Positions 53,887 to 64,000 of a stretch of DNA of 64,000 nucleotides are shown piece after piece; the first letter of the stretch is position 1, and each line of letters opens with the position of its first letter. The position numbers were made by a program, and so were the translations under genes. The stretch comes from Octopus vulgaris. Its lineage: Eukaryota. Location: the NCBI GenBank assembly GCA_951406725.2, contig OX597814.1:193874001-193938000 (forward strand), in the 5' to 3' direction. The notes beneath the pieces are model-generated. The model was not told the DNA's origin and made no database searches. It saw nothing but the letters and a program-made list of their open reading frames with translations.

Positions 53887-54404
53887 CACACACAGTAGTA
53901 AATAACGAACATCATAGATTATTTCCTCTTTTGAAAGCGTCTTTCTCAGATCGTCTGCTTTTGTTATTGTCTGGGAATATATATTTGTATAAAATCTGTA
54001 ACGAAAGGGACCTGCTGAATCATGCTGCGTAATTTACGGTGTCCTTTGGCCTCGTGCCAATCTGGAAACTATCGAATGTCGAAGAAAGATATGATAAAAA
54101 GAAGAAGAAAACAAATTGATTTGGCATCAAATATACTTGTCACTGACAGCGGTCGCGGCGTATTCACACTGTTGTTGTTATTGCTGTTGTTGTTGTTGTT
54201 GTTGTTGTTGCAGTGGCGGCGGTCGTGGTGGTGTTAGTTGTGGCGGTATTGTCTCTTCTTTCCTTGCCATTGTCGAGTGACTACCTGGAAAACGATCTTA
54301 ACAGGTACCAGGTAATACATACATATATATGTGTGAGTGTGTGTGTGTGTGTATGTATGTGTGTGTGTATGACTGTATATGTATGTATGTGTGTATATAT
54401 ATAC

Positions 54405-54489
<85 letters not shown>

Positions 54490-54517
54490 CATACATACAT
54501 ATATATATACATATTTA

Positions 54518-55192
54518 TGTAAGTAGCTTGCTTACCAACCACATGGTTCCGGGTTCAGTCCCACTGCGTGGCACCTTGGGTAAGTGTCTTCTACTATAGC
54601 CTCGGGCCGACCAAAGCCTTGTGAGTGGATTTGGTAGACGGAAACTTAAAGAAGCCCGTCGTATATATGTATATATATATATATGTGAGTATGTGCGTGT
54701 TTGTGTGTCTGTGTTTGTCCCCCCAACATCGCTTGACAACCGATGCTGGTGTGTTTACGTCCCCGTAACTTAGCGGTTCGGCAAAAAGAGACCGATAAAA
54801 TAAGTACTAGGCTTACAAAGAATAAGTCCTGGGGTCGATTTGATCGACTAAAGACAGTGCTCCAGCATGGCCACAGTCACATGACTGAAACAAGTAAAAG
54901 AGTCAAAGAGTATATAAATATAAAGAAGCCCGTCGTATATATGTATATATATATATGCATGTGTGTGTGTATGTTTGTGTATCTGTGTCTGTGTTTGTTC
55001 CTCCACAACATCGCTTGACAACCGATGCTGGTGTGTTTACGTCTCCGTAACTTAGCGGTTCAGCAAAAAGGAGCGATAGAATAAGTAATAGGCTAACAAA
55101 GAATAAGTCCTGGGGTCGATTTGCTCGACTAAAGGCGGTGCTCCAGCATGGCCACGGTCAAATGACTGAAACAAGTAAAAGAGAGAGTAAAG
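54518..55192 (+). mobile_element. SINE family A with tandem second copy of its 3' two-thirds
   Basis: aaagaagcccgtcg...aaatgactgaaacaagtaaaagag present twice in tandem. Confidence 0.9.
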
Positions 55193-55220
55193 AGATACAT
55201 ATATGTATGTGTGTGTGTGT

Positions 55221-55276
<56 letters not shown>

Positions 55277-55492
55277 GTATAGGTGAGCATATATATTTCT
55301 CGTTCTTTCTCTCTTTCTGTATAATACATATATACATACATACATTAATACATACATACATGCCTACATACATACATATAGAGACAAACACTTGAATATA
55401 TGTGTGAATATGTATGTACGCGATGACGATTGCAGATTCAAAGTCTATAAATAGATATCTGTCTCGGCTTTTTTTTAACAAATGCTTACACC

Positions 55493-55527
<35 letters not shown>

Positions 55528-55969
55528 GCAAACAATACCCAACTACATTCCAACATGTCTTTATTTACGATTGTTTGATTACATAACTCAAAAGTCTTGT
55601 CGTCCAACTGTATGGCGCGTAAACATTTGTGATTTGTGTTTGTATATGTGTTTATGTGTCTGTCTATCTGACTGTTTTTCTGTCGATATATGTATGCGTG
55701 AGCGTACGTGTGTGTCTGTGTGTAGATCAGGGTTTCTTTTATCTATACCGGGCGTTAAGTTACGTGTCTAAATTATTACAGCTGTCTAAAGTAGAGATGA
55801 TAAAAAATATCTAATATAAAACAAAAATATAAAAGAAAATAAAGCTTAAAACTGGAGTTTCTTAACACTTTCGATTTCCTGAAAACGAAAATATTAAGTT
55901 ATTCCGAAACTAATGGCCGTGTTGTGTTTTGAAACACAATTTATCATAGTATTTTTATTATATTTTATG

Positions 55970-56108
55970 TGACAAATTCTGCCGAGGTCGACTTTGCCTT
56001 TCATACTTTTGAGGTCGATAAATTAACTACCAGTTGCATACTTAATTCGATCTAATCGACTAGCCCCCTCCCCAAAAATTTCGGGCCTTGTTCATAGAAT
56101 AGAAAAGA
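55970..56108 (+). mobile_element. SINE family C, 3' part
   Basis: caaattctgccgaggtcgactttgcctttcat...aaatttcgggccttg. Confidence 0.85.
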
Positions 56109-56133
56109 GAAATAAAAAAAAAAAAAGATTCCA

Positions 56134-56397
56134 CAGTTCTATATTTAAGAGATGAGGAATTATGTACATTATTTACATTCGACGGATATTTGTCCTCATC
56201 TTGTTTGTTGTTAACGCAACCTTTCGGCTGATATACCCTCCAGCCTTCTTCATGTGTCTTGGGGAAATTTCGACCTGGATTCTCATTCCTAAGGTATTTT
56301 TCGATGTTATCATTATTATTGAGGTCAGTGCTTGTAATCGAACTCGGAATCTTGGGATTAGTAGTCCGCGCTCTTAACCACGGGCATATGGCGTAGT
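56134..56397 (-). mobile_element. tRNA-headed retroposon with hammerhead-like (Penelope terminal-repeat-like) body
   Basis: Minus strand: gtggttaagagcgcggactactaatcccaagattccgagttcgatt (tRNA-like, B box), later gacac-aTGAAGAa-ggctg(10 nt)cagcc-GAAA; the probable first ~16 nt (gggcatatggcgtagt) lie inverted at 56382-56397. Confidence 0.6.
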
Positions 56398-57149
56398 AAA
56401 AAAGAGATTATATTTTATGTGAATTTCGGCAGACTTAATAATTTTTGGAATGAGTTTTACATAAGTAGGTGAACTTTCATTTTCTATTCTTTCTTCAATG
56501 AAAATATATCCAATAGAGATGTTCCTGTGTTTTTTGTTACAAAATTTTGCCAAGTAGATATCATTTCGACCAGTTTATTCATATTCAAAATTTACCTCTT
56601 CTTGCAAGTAAATATGAAACAAGTTTACTCGCTTTCCTATATAATTTTTTTTTACTTTTTTACAATGGAAACGTTTCATGTTGTTGTTGTTAAGTGAAAC
56701 GTCAATTCCGCAAACTTCGCTAACATTTATACTAAAAAGGTTGAAATTATCTTAATTTTTTTTTCACAAATGCATGTATTTTCTTCAATAATATTTTAGC
56801 TCACTTTGTTTTTCTTTCCCGTTTCGTTTTTTTTTAATATTTTTTGGTACAAAAGTCAGCGCCTTTAGTTATTTTAAGAACCTATTCCTTTGACATGTTC
56901 CTGTTGAATGTCGGCTTAACACAGAAAAATGTCTGGCGGCAGAAAGATATTTTTCTTGTTGCTTTTTCGCTTGATAAACAAACAAAAAAATGAAAAGAAA
57001 TTTAGCGTTCACCTTTGAGTTAATTATAAAAGAATTAATTCATTAAATGCCATCCAAATATTGAAAGATATTCGCATAGGGCAATCCGTCACGGAGTCAG
57101 GAGAAAAGACGCCTTGCCAAGGTCAAAAAAACCCAACAACATTAATAAT

Positions 57150-57577
57150 GGCGTCAAATTTAGGCATGAGGCCAACATTTTCAAGAGAAGGGTGTCAGTC
57201 AGTTACATCGACCAAGTATTTTACTAGTACTTTATTTCATTGACCACAAGACGATGAAAAGCAAATTTAACATGGGTGGGACTTGAGCTCAGAACACGAA
57301 GAAAAAGCCGTTGAGCATTTTGTCCGACGTGCTAACGATTCTACCAGTTGCCCTTTCTTAACAATTCCTTACTACTATAGGTACAAGGACTGAAATTTTG
57401 GAGTGGGAGGGGGGGAGATAATCGGTCACAATTATCCCCAGTGTTCGACTGGTATTATTTTATCGATCCCGAAAGAATGAAAGGCTTCAGCGGAATTAGA
57501 ACTCAGAATGTAAAGCTGGAAGGAATGCTTCTACGCAGTTTTTTCCGGCGTTCTAACGATTCTGCCAGCTCACCGAT

Positions 57578-57578
<1 letters not shown>
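57150..57578 (-). mobile_element. Two tandem old SINE family C copies
   Basis: ctaacgattct and ctcagaa motifs occur twice. Confidence 0.75.
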
Positions 57579-57630
<52 letters not shown>

Positions 57631-57786
57631 TTTTTTAGACATTCACTAGTACAACACTAAATACAAAACCAAATATATGGTACACTAGGCATAACAACAA
57701 CACGAATTTCCAACCTGTTGTCTCTTGAGGTCTCTGGGTGAGACTTGGAGCCAACTTGTACAAATGTAAAGCAAAAGTCAAACATA

Positions 57787-57854
<68 letters not shown>

Positions 57855-58152
57855 GATAGTGCTCATGGGAACTGCCCATATCCTACCCAAAATACTATTC
57901 AAAAGATAGTGCTCATGGGAACTGCCCATGTCCTACGCAAAATACTTTCTATGTAATCTCAAGTTTTAAAATAAACACATAATTTTCTTATGGTTTCTTA
58001 AACATTCTCTAGAACAACACTATGTACAAAACCGAATGTATGGCACCCTAGGCATAACACCAACATGAACTTGCAACTTGTTGTCTCTTGAGGTCTCTGG
58101 GTGAGACTTGGAGCCAACTTGTACAAATGTAAAGCAAAAGTCAAACATAAGA
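57631..58152 (+). mobile_element. Two stacked 5'-truncated R4/Dong-like retrotransposon ends in (AAT)n
   Basis: IQKIVLMGTAHVLRKILSM* C-terminus (preceded by a ~50-bp duplicate); the shared 3' UTR ...gtctcttgaggtctctgggtgagacttggagcc...aaagtcaaacata occurs twice, each copy bounded by (AAT)n. Confidence 0.8.
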
Positions 58153-58153
58153 C

Positions 58154-58201
<48 letters not shown>

Positions 58202-58610
58202 CTCTTTTATTAGCCGCAGAGGTATATATAAGGGGACATCACAAGGACAGAAAAACAATTTGTGTGGAGATTTACTTAAAGGGTAGGGAGAAATAAATAG
58301 AAAAGACAGTGAAATGCTATAAAAGTACTTAAAATATATAAAGTATGTGATAACATGAATGATGCAGTCCTCCTGATGCAGGAGAGCCTCCAGTTAGAGC
58401 CAATGAAGGAACCCCACAGACCCAGGATTACCCTGACCACCAAAGGTACGAGCCCTCTCTCCTGATTTCCAATTTCCAGGCGCAATATTTAGAGTAGAGC
58501 CATTCATTCTAACTATTTTTGCCACAGTCATCCATCTTTTCGCAAATTCATTGAGAGGTTGCACTTCCCTCTCCAGCCTCACTTTTCCCTCCAAATGAAA
58601 CTTCAAGAAA
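58202..58610 (-). mobile_element. Probable L1/Tx1-clade LINE 3' end
   Basis: KFHLEGKVRLERE....NEFAKRW..VAKIV..NG..L* resembles Tx1/L1 ORF2 C-termini; 3' UTR ends ggctAATAAAaga followed by (TTA)n. Confidence 0.55.
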
Positions 58611-59144
58611 GGCGATGAGAGCTTGTCCGATGATGGAGGCGTCTTTCTTCAACCCTTTCAGCCTGGTCGGATCTGGTCAGTAGCATAACTGGGAGAGAGG
58701 TGGCAAAGGGCAGTCCATCCTGGGGACACTGTAATGGGGGCGATACTTCTGAGTCTGCTCTACAAGCCTGTATATGCTGTATAACTCTGTGGGCTGAAGT
58801 GGGTAGGACAAAATTAAATGCTGTCCTGTACGGCACACACTCTGCACCACTGGATCTAGCTTCTATTTCTTGCAGGTAAAAAGACATCGTAGAAGCCCTT
58901 TCAGCGGTTGTAGATTGGGTATTAGGTACAATGGAGCACAAGAAATGTAAACAGCACTAAGAAACCTATGAATTTCACGGTTTTATAAACATGAAATGTA
59001 ATCGACGGCCTCTCTCTGTAATAAAGGATTTAATAAACCATATACAGACATACATGTGTGTACGTGTCTCTGTACATACATACATACGTACATACATACA
59101 TACATACATACATACATACATACATACATACATACATACATACA

Positions 59145-59178
<34 letters not shown>

Positions 59179-59702
59179 CACGCACATTTGCACACATATG
59201 TATATGTAAATACAGAATGATCTCACTTAAATATACATATACATTTATAAAATTTGGGTGAATCACCAACTGTCCGAACTGTATAAACTGAGTGCATTAG
59301 TGTGTGAATGTATATAAGTATATTTACTTATGCATATGATTTACCAGAACTTTCAACTAGAACGTATGTCTCATTCACAATAAAACTTCTACGTACATAC
59401 ATTTGAATACTGGAACGTACAGATGTGCTTCGCGAGGATGCGGCTCGAATTTTAACCCCCTTCTTTACACTATGTATAGCTACTATGCTTTTCTCCTTAC
59501 TGACCCTTTCTTCCTCCTTTTCCTCTTCTCTGGGCTTTCTTCTACAATCCAACGATGAGCCACATGCTCGAAACCTCATGTTTTTTACTTTAATTTTCCA
59601 TTTGAACTTTCACCTAGCGTCACTCTAATATATTCAATGTTACGTCCATATCACTTTTGTTGATTTTGTGTTTGTTGCTGAAGTCGCCGTTCGTCACGGA
59701 TT

Positions 59703-59741
<39 letters not shown>

Positions 59742-59749
59742 CTATATAC

Positions 59750-60152
59750 TTTTCACTCTTTTACTCTTTTACATGTTTCAGTCATTTGACTGTGGCCATG
59801 CTGGAGCACCGCCTTTAGTCGAGCAAATCCACCCCAGGACTTATTCTTTGTAAGCCAAGTACTTATTCTATCGATCTCTTTTGCCGAAACGCTAAGCTAC
59901 GGTGACGTAAACACACCAGCATCGGTTGTCAAGCGATGTTGGTGGGACAAACACAGACACACAAACACACACACATACATACATATATATACATATACAT
60001 ATATACGACGGGCTTCTTTCAGTTTATGTCAACCAAATCCACTCACAAGGCTGTGGTCGACCCGAGGCTATAGTAGAAGATACTTGCCCAAGGTGTCACG
60101 CAGTGGGACTGAACCCGGAACCATGTGGTTGGTAAGCAAGCTATTTACCACA
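59750..60152 (-). mobile_element. SINE family A, full length
   Basis: Homology to family A. Confidence 0.9.
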
Positions 60153-60481
60153 CATTTTTTTAGTCTTCTTTGAGGTATACTTTTATTTTTAATCTCAAGC
60201 TCTACTTCCGTGTTTTACTGAATTTCTTATAGTTTATAGCCCTTCTTCTCACAAACTCACGTCGTGCATCGACTTGTAAAATAGCTTGTTTGTCTTTTTT
60301 TTATGCAACATACGAGGTTGAGTTCCTTTGTAACTGGTATTTTCTATGTCTGTTTGACTTGCAAATTAACTGCCACACATTTGAAATTTCCTCTTCTTTA
60401 CAATTACCGTCTCATTCTTTTACTCTCTTTCAATGATCTTTATTCATTCGTTCACATCATTATTCCTCTGCTCCTGCTCCT

Positions 60482-60710
60482 GAAGGCGGCGAACTAGCAG
60501 AATCGTCAGCACCCTGGACAAAATGCTTGGCAGTACAGCTTCTAGCATTGCGTTCTGAGTTCGAGTCCCACCAAGGTCAACTTTGCTTTCTATCCTTTCA
60601 GGGGTCGATGAAAAAAGCACCAGCTGTGCACTGGTGGGGGAGGTTGTCGATATAATCGACTACCCCCTTTTCCACATTTCTGGCCTTGTGCCTATAGTAG
60701 AAAGGATTAT
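60482..60710 (+). mobile_element. SINE family C, diverged full-length copy
   Basis: aaggcggcgaactagcagaatcgtcagcac...ggccttgtgcctatagtagaaaggattatt. Confidence 0.8.
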
Positions 60711-61316
60711 TTCTTCGTTTCCCGAACCCTTCTCTCTCTCTCTTTCTCTCACACTCACTAGGCTATAAATCCCATGAGAGTATCATATGTAAACAAATAA
60801 AACGGAGAATATAAGGCAAACTCATAGTATACTAACAGTACCATAGTGTCGAAGAATTAACCAAGGATTGTTTGTCGATCTGATGACGCAAAGAAAGAAA
60901 GAAAATACTGGGTGACTTAATCCACATACTTTTGACTCACAATGTTTGATTTTGAGTACTCGTGTTAGCAATCCTGTGAAGAATAGCGATTGTTCTTGAA
61001 TAAGAAGTGAGCTTTGTCAAGGCGAGGAGACAACTACGCGGAATGAATTCACGGTTGAACAAGTTTTCTCATAACGTTTACTAATACTCCTTTACAAAGA
61101 AATTTCATCCTCCAGCAATATATTCACACCATAGTTTTTTTTTTCCCATGATGTGTAGAACCTAAACAAATATATTTCCACGTAATTCAGTCTTTTTATT
61201 GTTCTCGTTTTGTTGTTGCTGTTTAACTTCCAAGTCAGCTCTGACTCAGCAGATCTATGATCAAAGATATCACAATCGTGAGCCCAACCCTTCCTGTATT
61301 TTTGGGTACCAGACAC

Positions 61317-61510
61317 TAAGAGGGGGTGCTGAAAAGTACATGGCCTTGGGTAAAAGAAAAATACAGGAGGATCAGTTAATTATGATTTTATTCAATATAT
61401 TCCTCTCTTAGATTCACAAACTTATTGCAGTGGTCCTTCAGTTTTTCTAAGCCCTCTAAAAGAACTCAGAAGGTTGGCCTCCAACAAGGCCTTTCACGAT
61501 ACTCTTGTAA
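61317..61510 (-). mobile_element. Mariner 3' terminal fragment
   Basis: TIR-like taagagggggtgctgaaaagt; minus translation GLEKLKDHCNKFVNLREEYIE* (mariner C-terminus). Confidence 0.75.
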
Positions 61511-61920
61511 CAGGATGAAAGGTCTGTAACACTTGAGGGCTGCAGGTCTCATCCCTTACATTAAATTATTTGTCGAAAGTAAAAGCCAACATTTCGAATA
61601 TTTTCAACGACATAAATATATTTATTTTCTGGATTCGCAATAATATAGATATATATTTTGTCCTTCAGGGCGAACCGGTAGCCATGGAGCTAGTCACAGT
61701 AGTTAAATGTTGTGAGCCAAATCCTGTTCCGTTCCAGCGTAGTGTAGCTTCGCCACGTGGTGGCTGCTTGGTAGAGCTATGAGGACGCGTCCGTTCAATT
61801 CGGTGTCAGCTTCGAGAGAGAGATCGATACACGGGAAGTTTTGCTGCTGGTAGTTCTCTGCGCATGCGCATGAGGAAAATTCCGGCGGCCTCCCGGAAGA
61901 AATCCAACTCTGCGCATGCG

Positions 61921-62233
61921 CACTTTCGAGACAATACTTCTTGATACACCAAACATTTCAGCTGTTTTCGTTACGCTGGCACCTACCATAAGAGCACCAA
62001 CAATCTGACCTCTTTGAAAGTCCGATAGATCTGTGATTTTAATGAATTTTAATTACCTTTTTCTGGTGACATCTGAAAAGAAACAACAATTTTAGCAAAA
62101 CATATTAAGCAACACTAATAATAAATAAATAAAAACATAAAAATAAACAAGCTTTTGACGGTTTTATAGATATTTCAATTCAAAATTATGATGCTATGAT
62201 GCGAGGTGTTTCCATTATTTTGTCCAACCTCTG
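61921..62233 (-). mobile_element. Tc1-like transposon 5' fragment
   Basis: TA|cagaggttggacaaaataatggaaacacc TIR; DLSDFQRGQIVGALMVGASVTKTAEMFGVSRSIVSKV HTH N-terminus. Confidence 0.85.
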
Positions 62234-62262
62234 TATATAGGCGAGTATATATATATATATGT

Positions 62263-62328
<66 letters not shown>

Positions 62329-62386
62329 TAATGTTTATCCTTTAACTAACGCAATATACTTAATGATATTCTTTCTTTCCTTCCAG

Positions 62387-62503
62387 CCGATGGTGTCCTT
62401 ATTTCCGAAGCCGTTTGATGCCATGTTTGGAAGTTAGTGGACATGAAACTTACCTCTCGAGGAATTGGCACCACTGCACTGGCTATAGATGTGCTAAATA
62501 TAA
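62387..62503 (+). CDS. Internal coding exon (117 bp, phase 2/2): N-terminal half of an EMI domain (EMILIN/Multimerin/EMID-type secreted protein)
   Basis: Branch-like aactaac (62344), polypyrimidine acceptor ttctttctttccttccAG, donor GTAAGT at 62504. The only open frame is RWCPYFRSRLMPCLEVSGHETYLSRNWHHCTGYRCAKY, matching the EMI pattern WCxY-x7-C-x4-GxETY...C...C. Confidence 0.75.
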
Positions 62504-62524
62504 GTAAGTATTACCCTCTTAATA

Positions 62525-62810
62525 ACAATCATCAGGGATCATCATCATAATCATCATCATCGTTATCATCATCGTCGTCATTTTCGTCATTGTCATCATC
62601 ATCAACATCAACAGCACCATCAAAGTCATCGTGAGAGCGTCATCATCGTCGTCACATCCAACGTCGCCGGCGCCGTCCTCATCATGGCATGTATCACCAT
62701 TGTTATCGTCATCATCATCATCACCATCATCATAATCATCATCATCATCAACATCGTCATCGTCGTCATCATCATCATTACTATCATCAGCATCATCTTC
62801 ATCATCACCG

Positions 62811-62856
<46 letters not shown>

Positions 62857-62935
62857 TATCATCATCAACAGCAACTACATCAACACTATTGCCACTGATA
62901 TCATAGTTATCATTACCAACATCATCATCGCCACA

Positions 62936-63000
<65 letters not shown>

Positions 63001-63132
63001 ACTCAACCCAAACGATTTATATTATTATAATGGTGTCCATTTTTATAATTATTGTTCTTTTATTTTTTAATATCATTCTTATTATTATTATATTATTATT
63101 ATTATTATTTTATTGTTATTATTGTAGTTGTT

Positions 63133-63180
<48 letters not shown>
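62525..63180. repeat. (CAT)n/(ATT)n/(GTA)n triplet microsatellites (intronic)
   Basis: Directly visible. Confidence 0.95.
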
Positions 63181-63375
63181 AGGAAGCAACAGTAGCAATA
63201 GTGTAAAACGCCGTTAACGGAGATGGTTGTGTCACGTGACTGGATGGCGTTGAGCCCCCTACACACGACGCCATTTATGTCGCTTTGAATGAAGTAGTGC
63301 AAGTCACGTCAAGATTTTTGCTATGGGAACGTTTTTATTTTTGTATTATTTCATTTTATTTTACAAAAAGAATTA

Positions 63376-63883
63376 TCGTAAATCTTCGTGTATAGTCCGC
63401 CCTTGAGTATAATACTCAGGGGAATTTTTAGGGAGCTGTACCTCTGAAAAACCTAAAACTTGTGTATAATACGCACCCCTTGTCTAACTTGAGCCAAGGA
63501 GGTCTTTATAACGTCCTTGGTTTGTAAAAATATATACGGTAACGTCCTTTATTATTGTATATATAACATAATGCAAACTTGTAGCTTTTCTGTGCATTTT
63601 GTTTGCAGAAAATGAAGAAATAACAGTAATAACATTTAATAAATGTTGCTTACTGCAAATTATGGATGATTCTTTTATGACTTCTACTTTCAGGCTTAGC
63701 TTAAATCATTTTCGCGCACGATATTACAAAATGCGTCTGAATAAACATTGCCGGATAGCAAATAGAGACTTGGACATTGCTTAGAAAATATTTTTCATTT
63801 TTAACCTCGTATATAGTACGCACTAGGGATTTTGACCTTTAAATTTTGGAGGGAAAATGCGGATTATACTCGAGGATTTACGG
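63376..63883. mobile_element. pogo/Tigger-type MITE
   Basis: TA-flanked TIRs tcgtaaatcttcgtgtatagtccgc / gcggattatactcgaggatttacgg. Confidence 0.85.
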
Positions 63884-64000
63884 TAGTCGTTGCCTGATCA
63901 AAATACGATATTGTTGGGAGTTTGAATGAAACGATTGGGCACTGCTGTTTGGTCGCTTATGATTTGGCACGACTGACTGGATATTAAACATGTTTTGGCG

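Noticed and set aside
58603-58941. 112-aa minus-strand ORF next to the LINE end
   Set aside because: No recognisable domain; possibly TE-derived, cannot be supported as a gene.
62689-62898. Poly-His ORF
   Set aside because: (CAT)n microsatellite in the intron after the EMI exon.

Overview
AT-rich, repeat-saturated eukaryotic DNA. The dense (TA)n/(CA)n/(TATG)n/(GATA)n/triplet microsatellites and several tRNA-derived SINE families suggest an octopus/cephalopod genome (inference from sequence character, not a database hit). Almost all ORFs in the six-frame track are microsatellite or SINE read-through artefacts. The only convincing host coding sequence is a 117-bp phase-2/phase-2 exon at 62387-62503 (+) encoding the N-terminal half of an EMILIN/Multimerin-type EMI domain, which the ORF track misses; the rest looks intronic or intergenic. 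Mobile elements: a full-length decayed mariner, an internally deleted mariner, mariner and Tc1 fragments, two hAT MITEs with 8-bp TSDs, a pogo-type MITE, Helitron/Helentron non-autonomous elements, CR1-, RTE-, R4/Dong- and L1/Tx1-like LINE 3' fragments, Penelope-like terminal repeats with minimal hammerhead-like motifs, and >40 SINE copies (families A-D, my own labels). Most notable: a tRNA-headed element with a hammerhead-like body, one SINE head carrying four different tails, a recurrent dimeric SINE whose tail matches an L1/Tx1-like LINE end, Dong-like elements stacked in (TAA)n, and a duplication with patchy blocks of perfect identity. Repeat boundaries were read by eye and are approximate.
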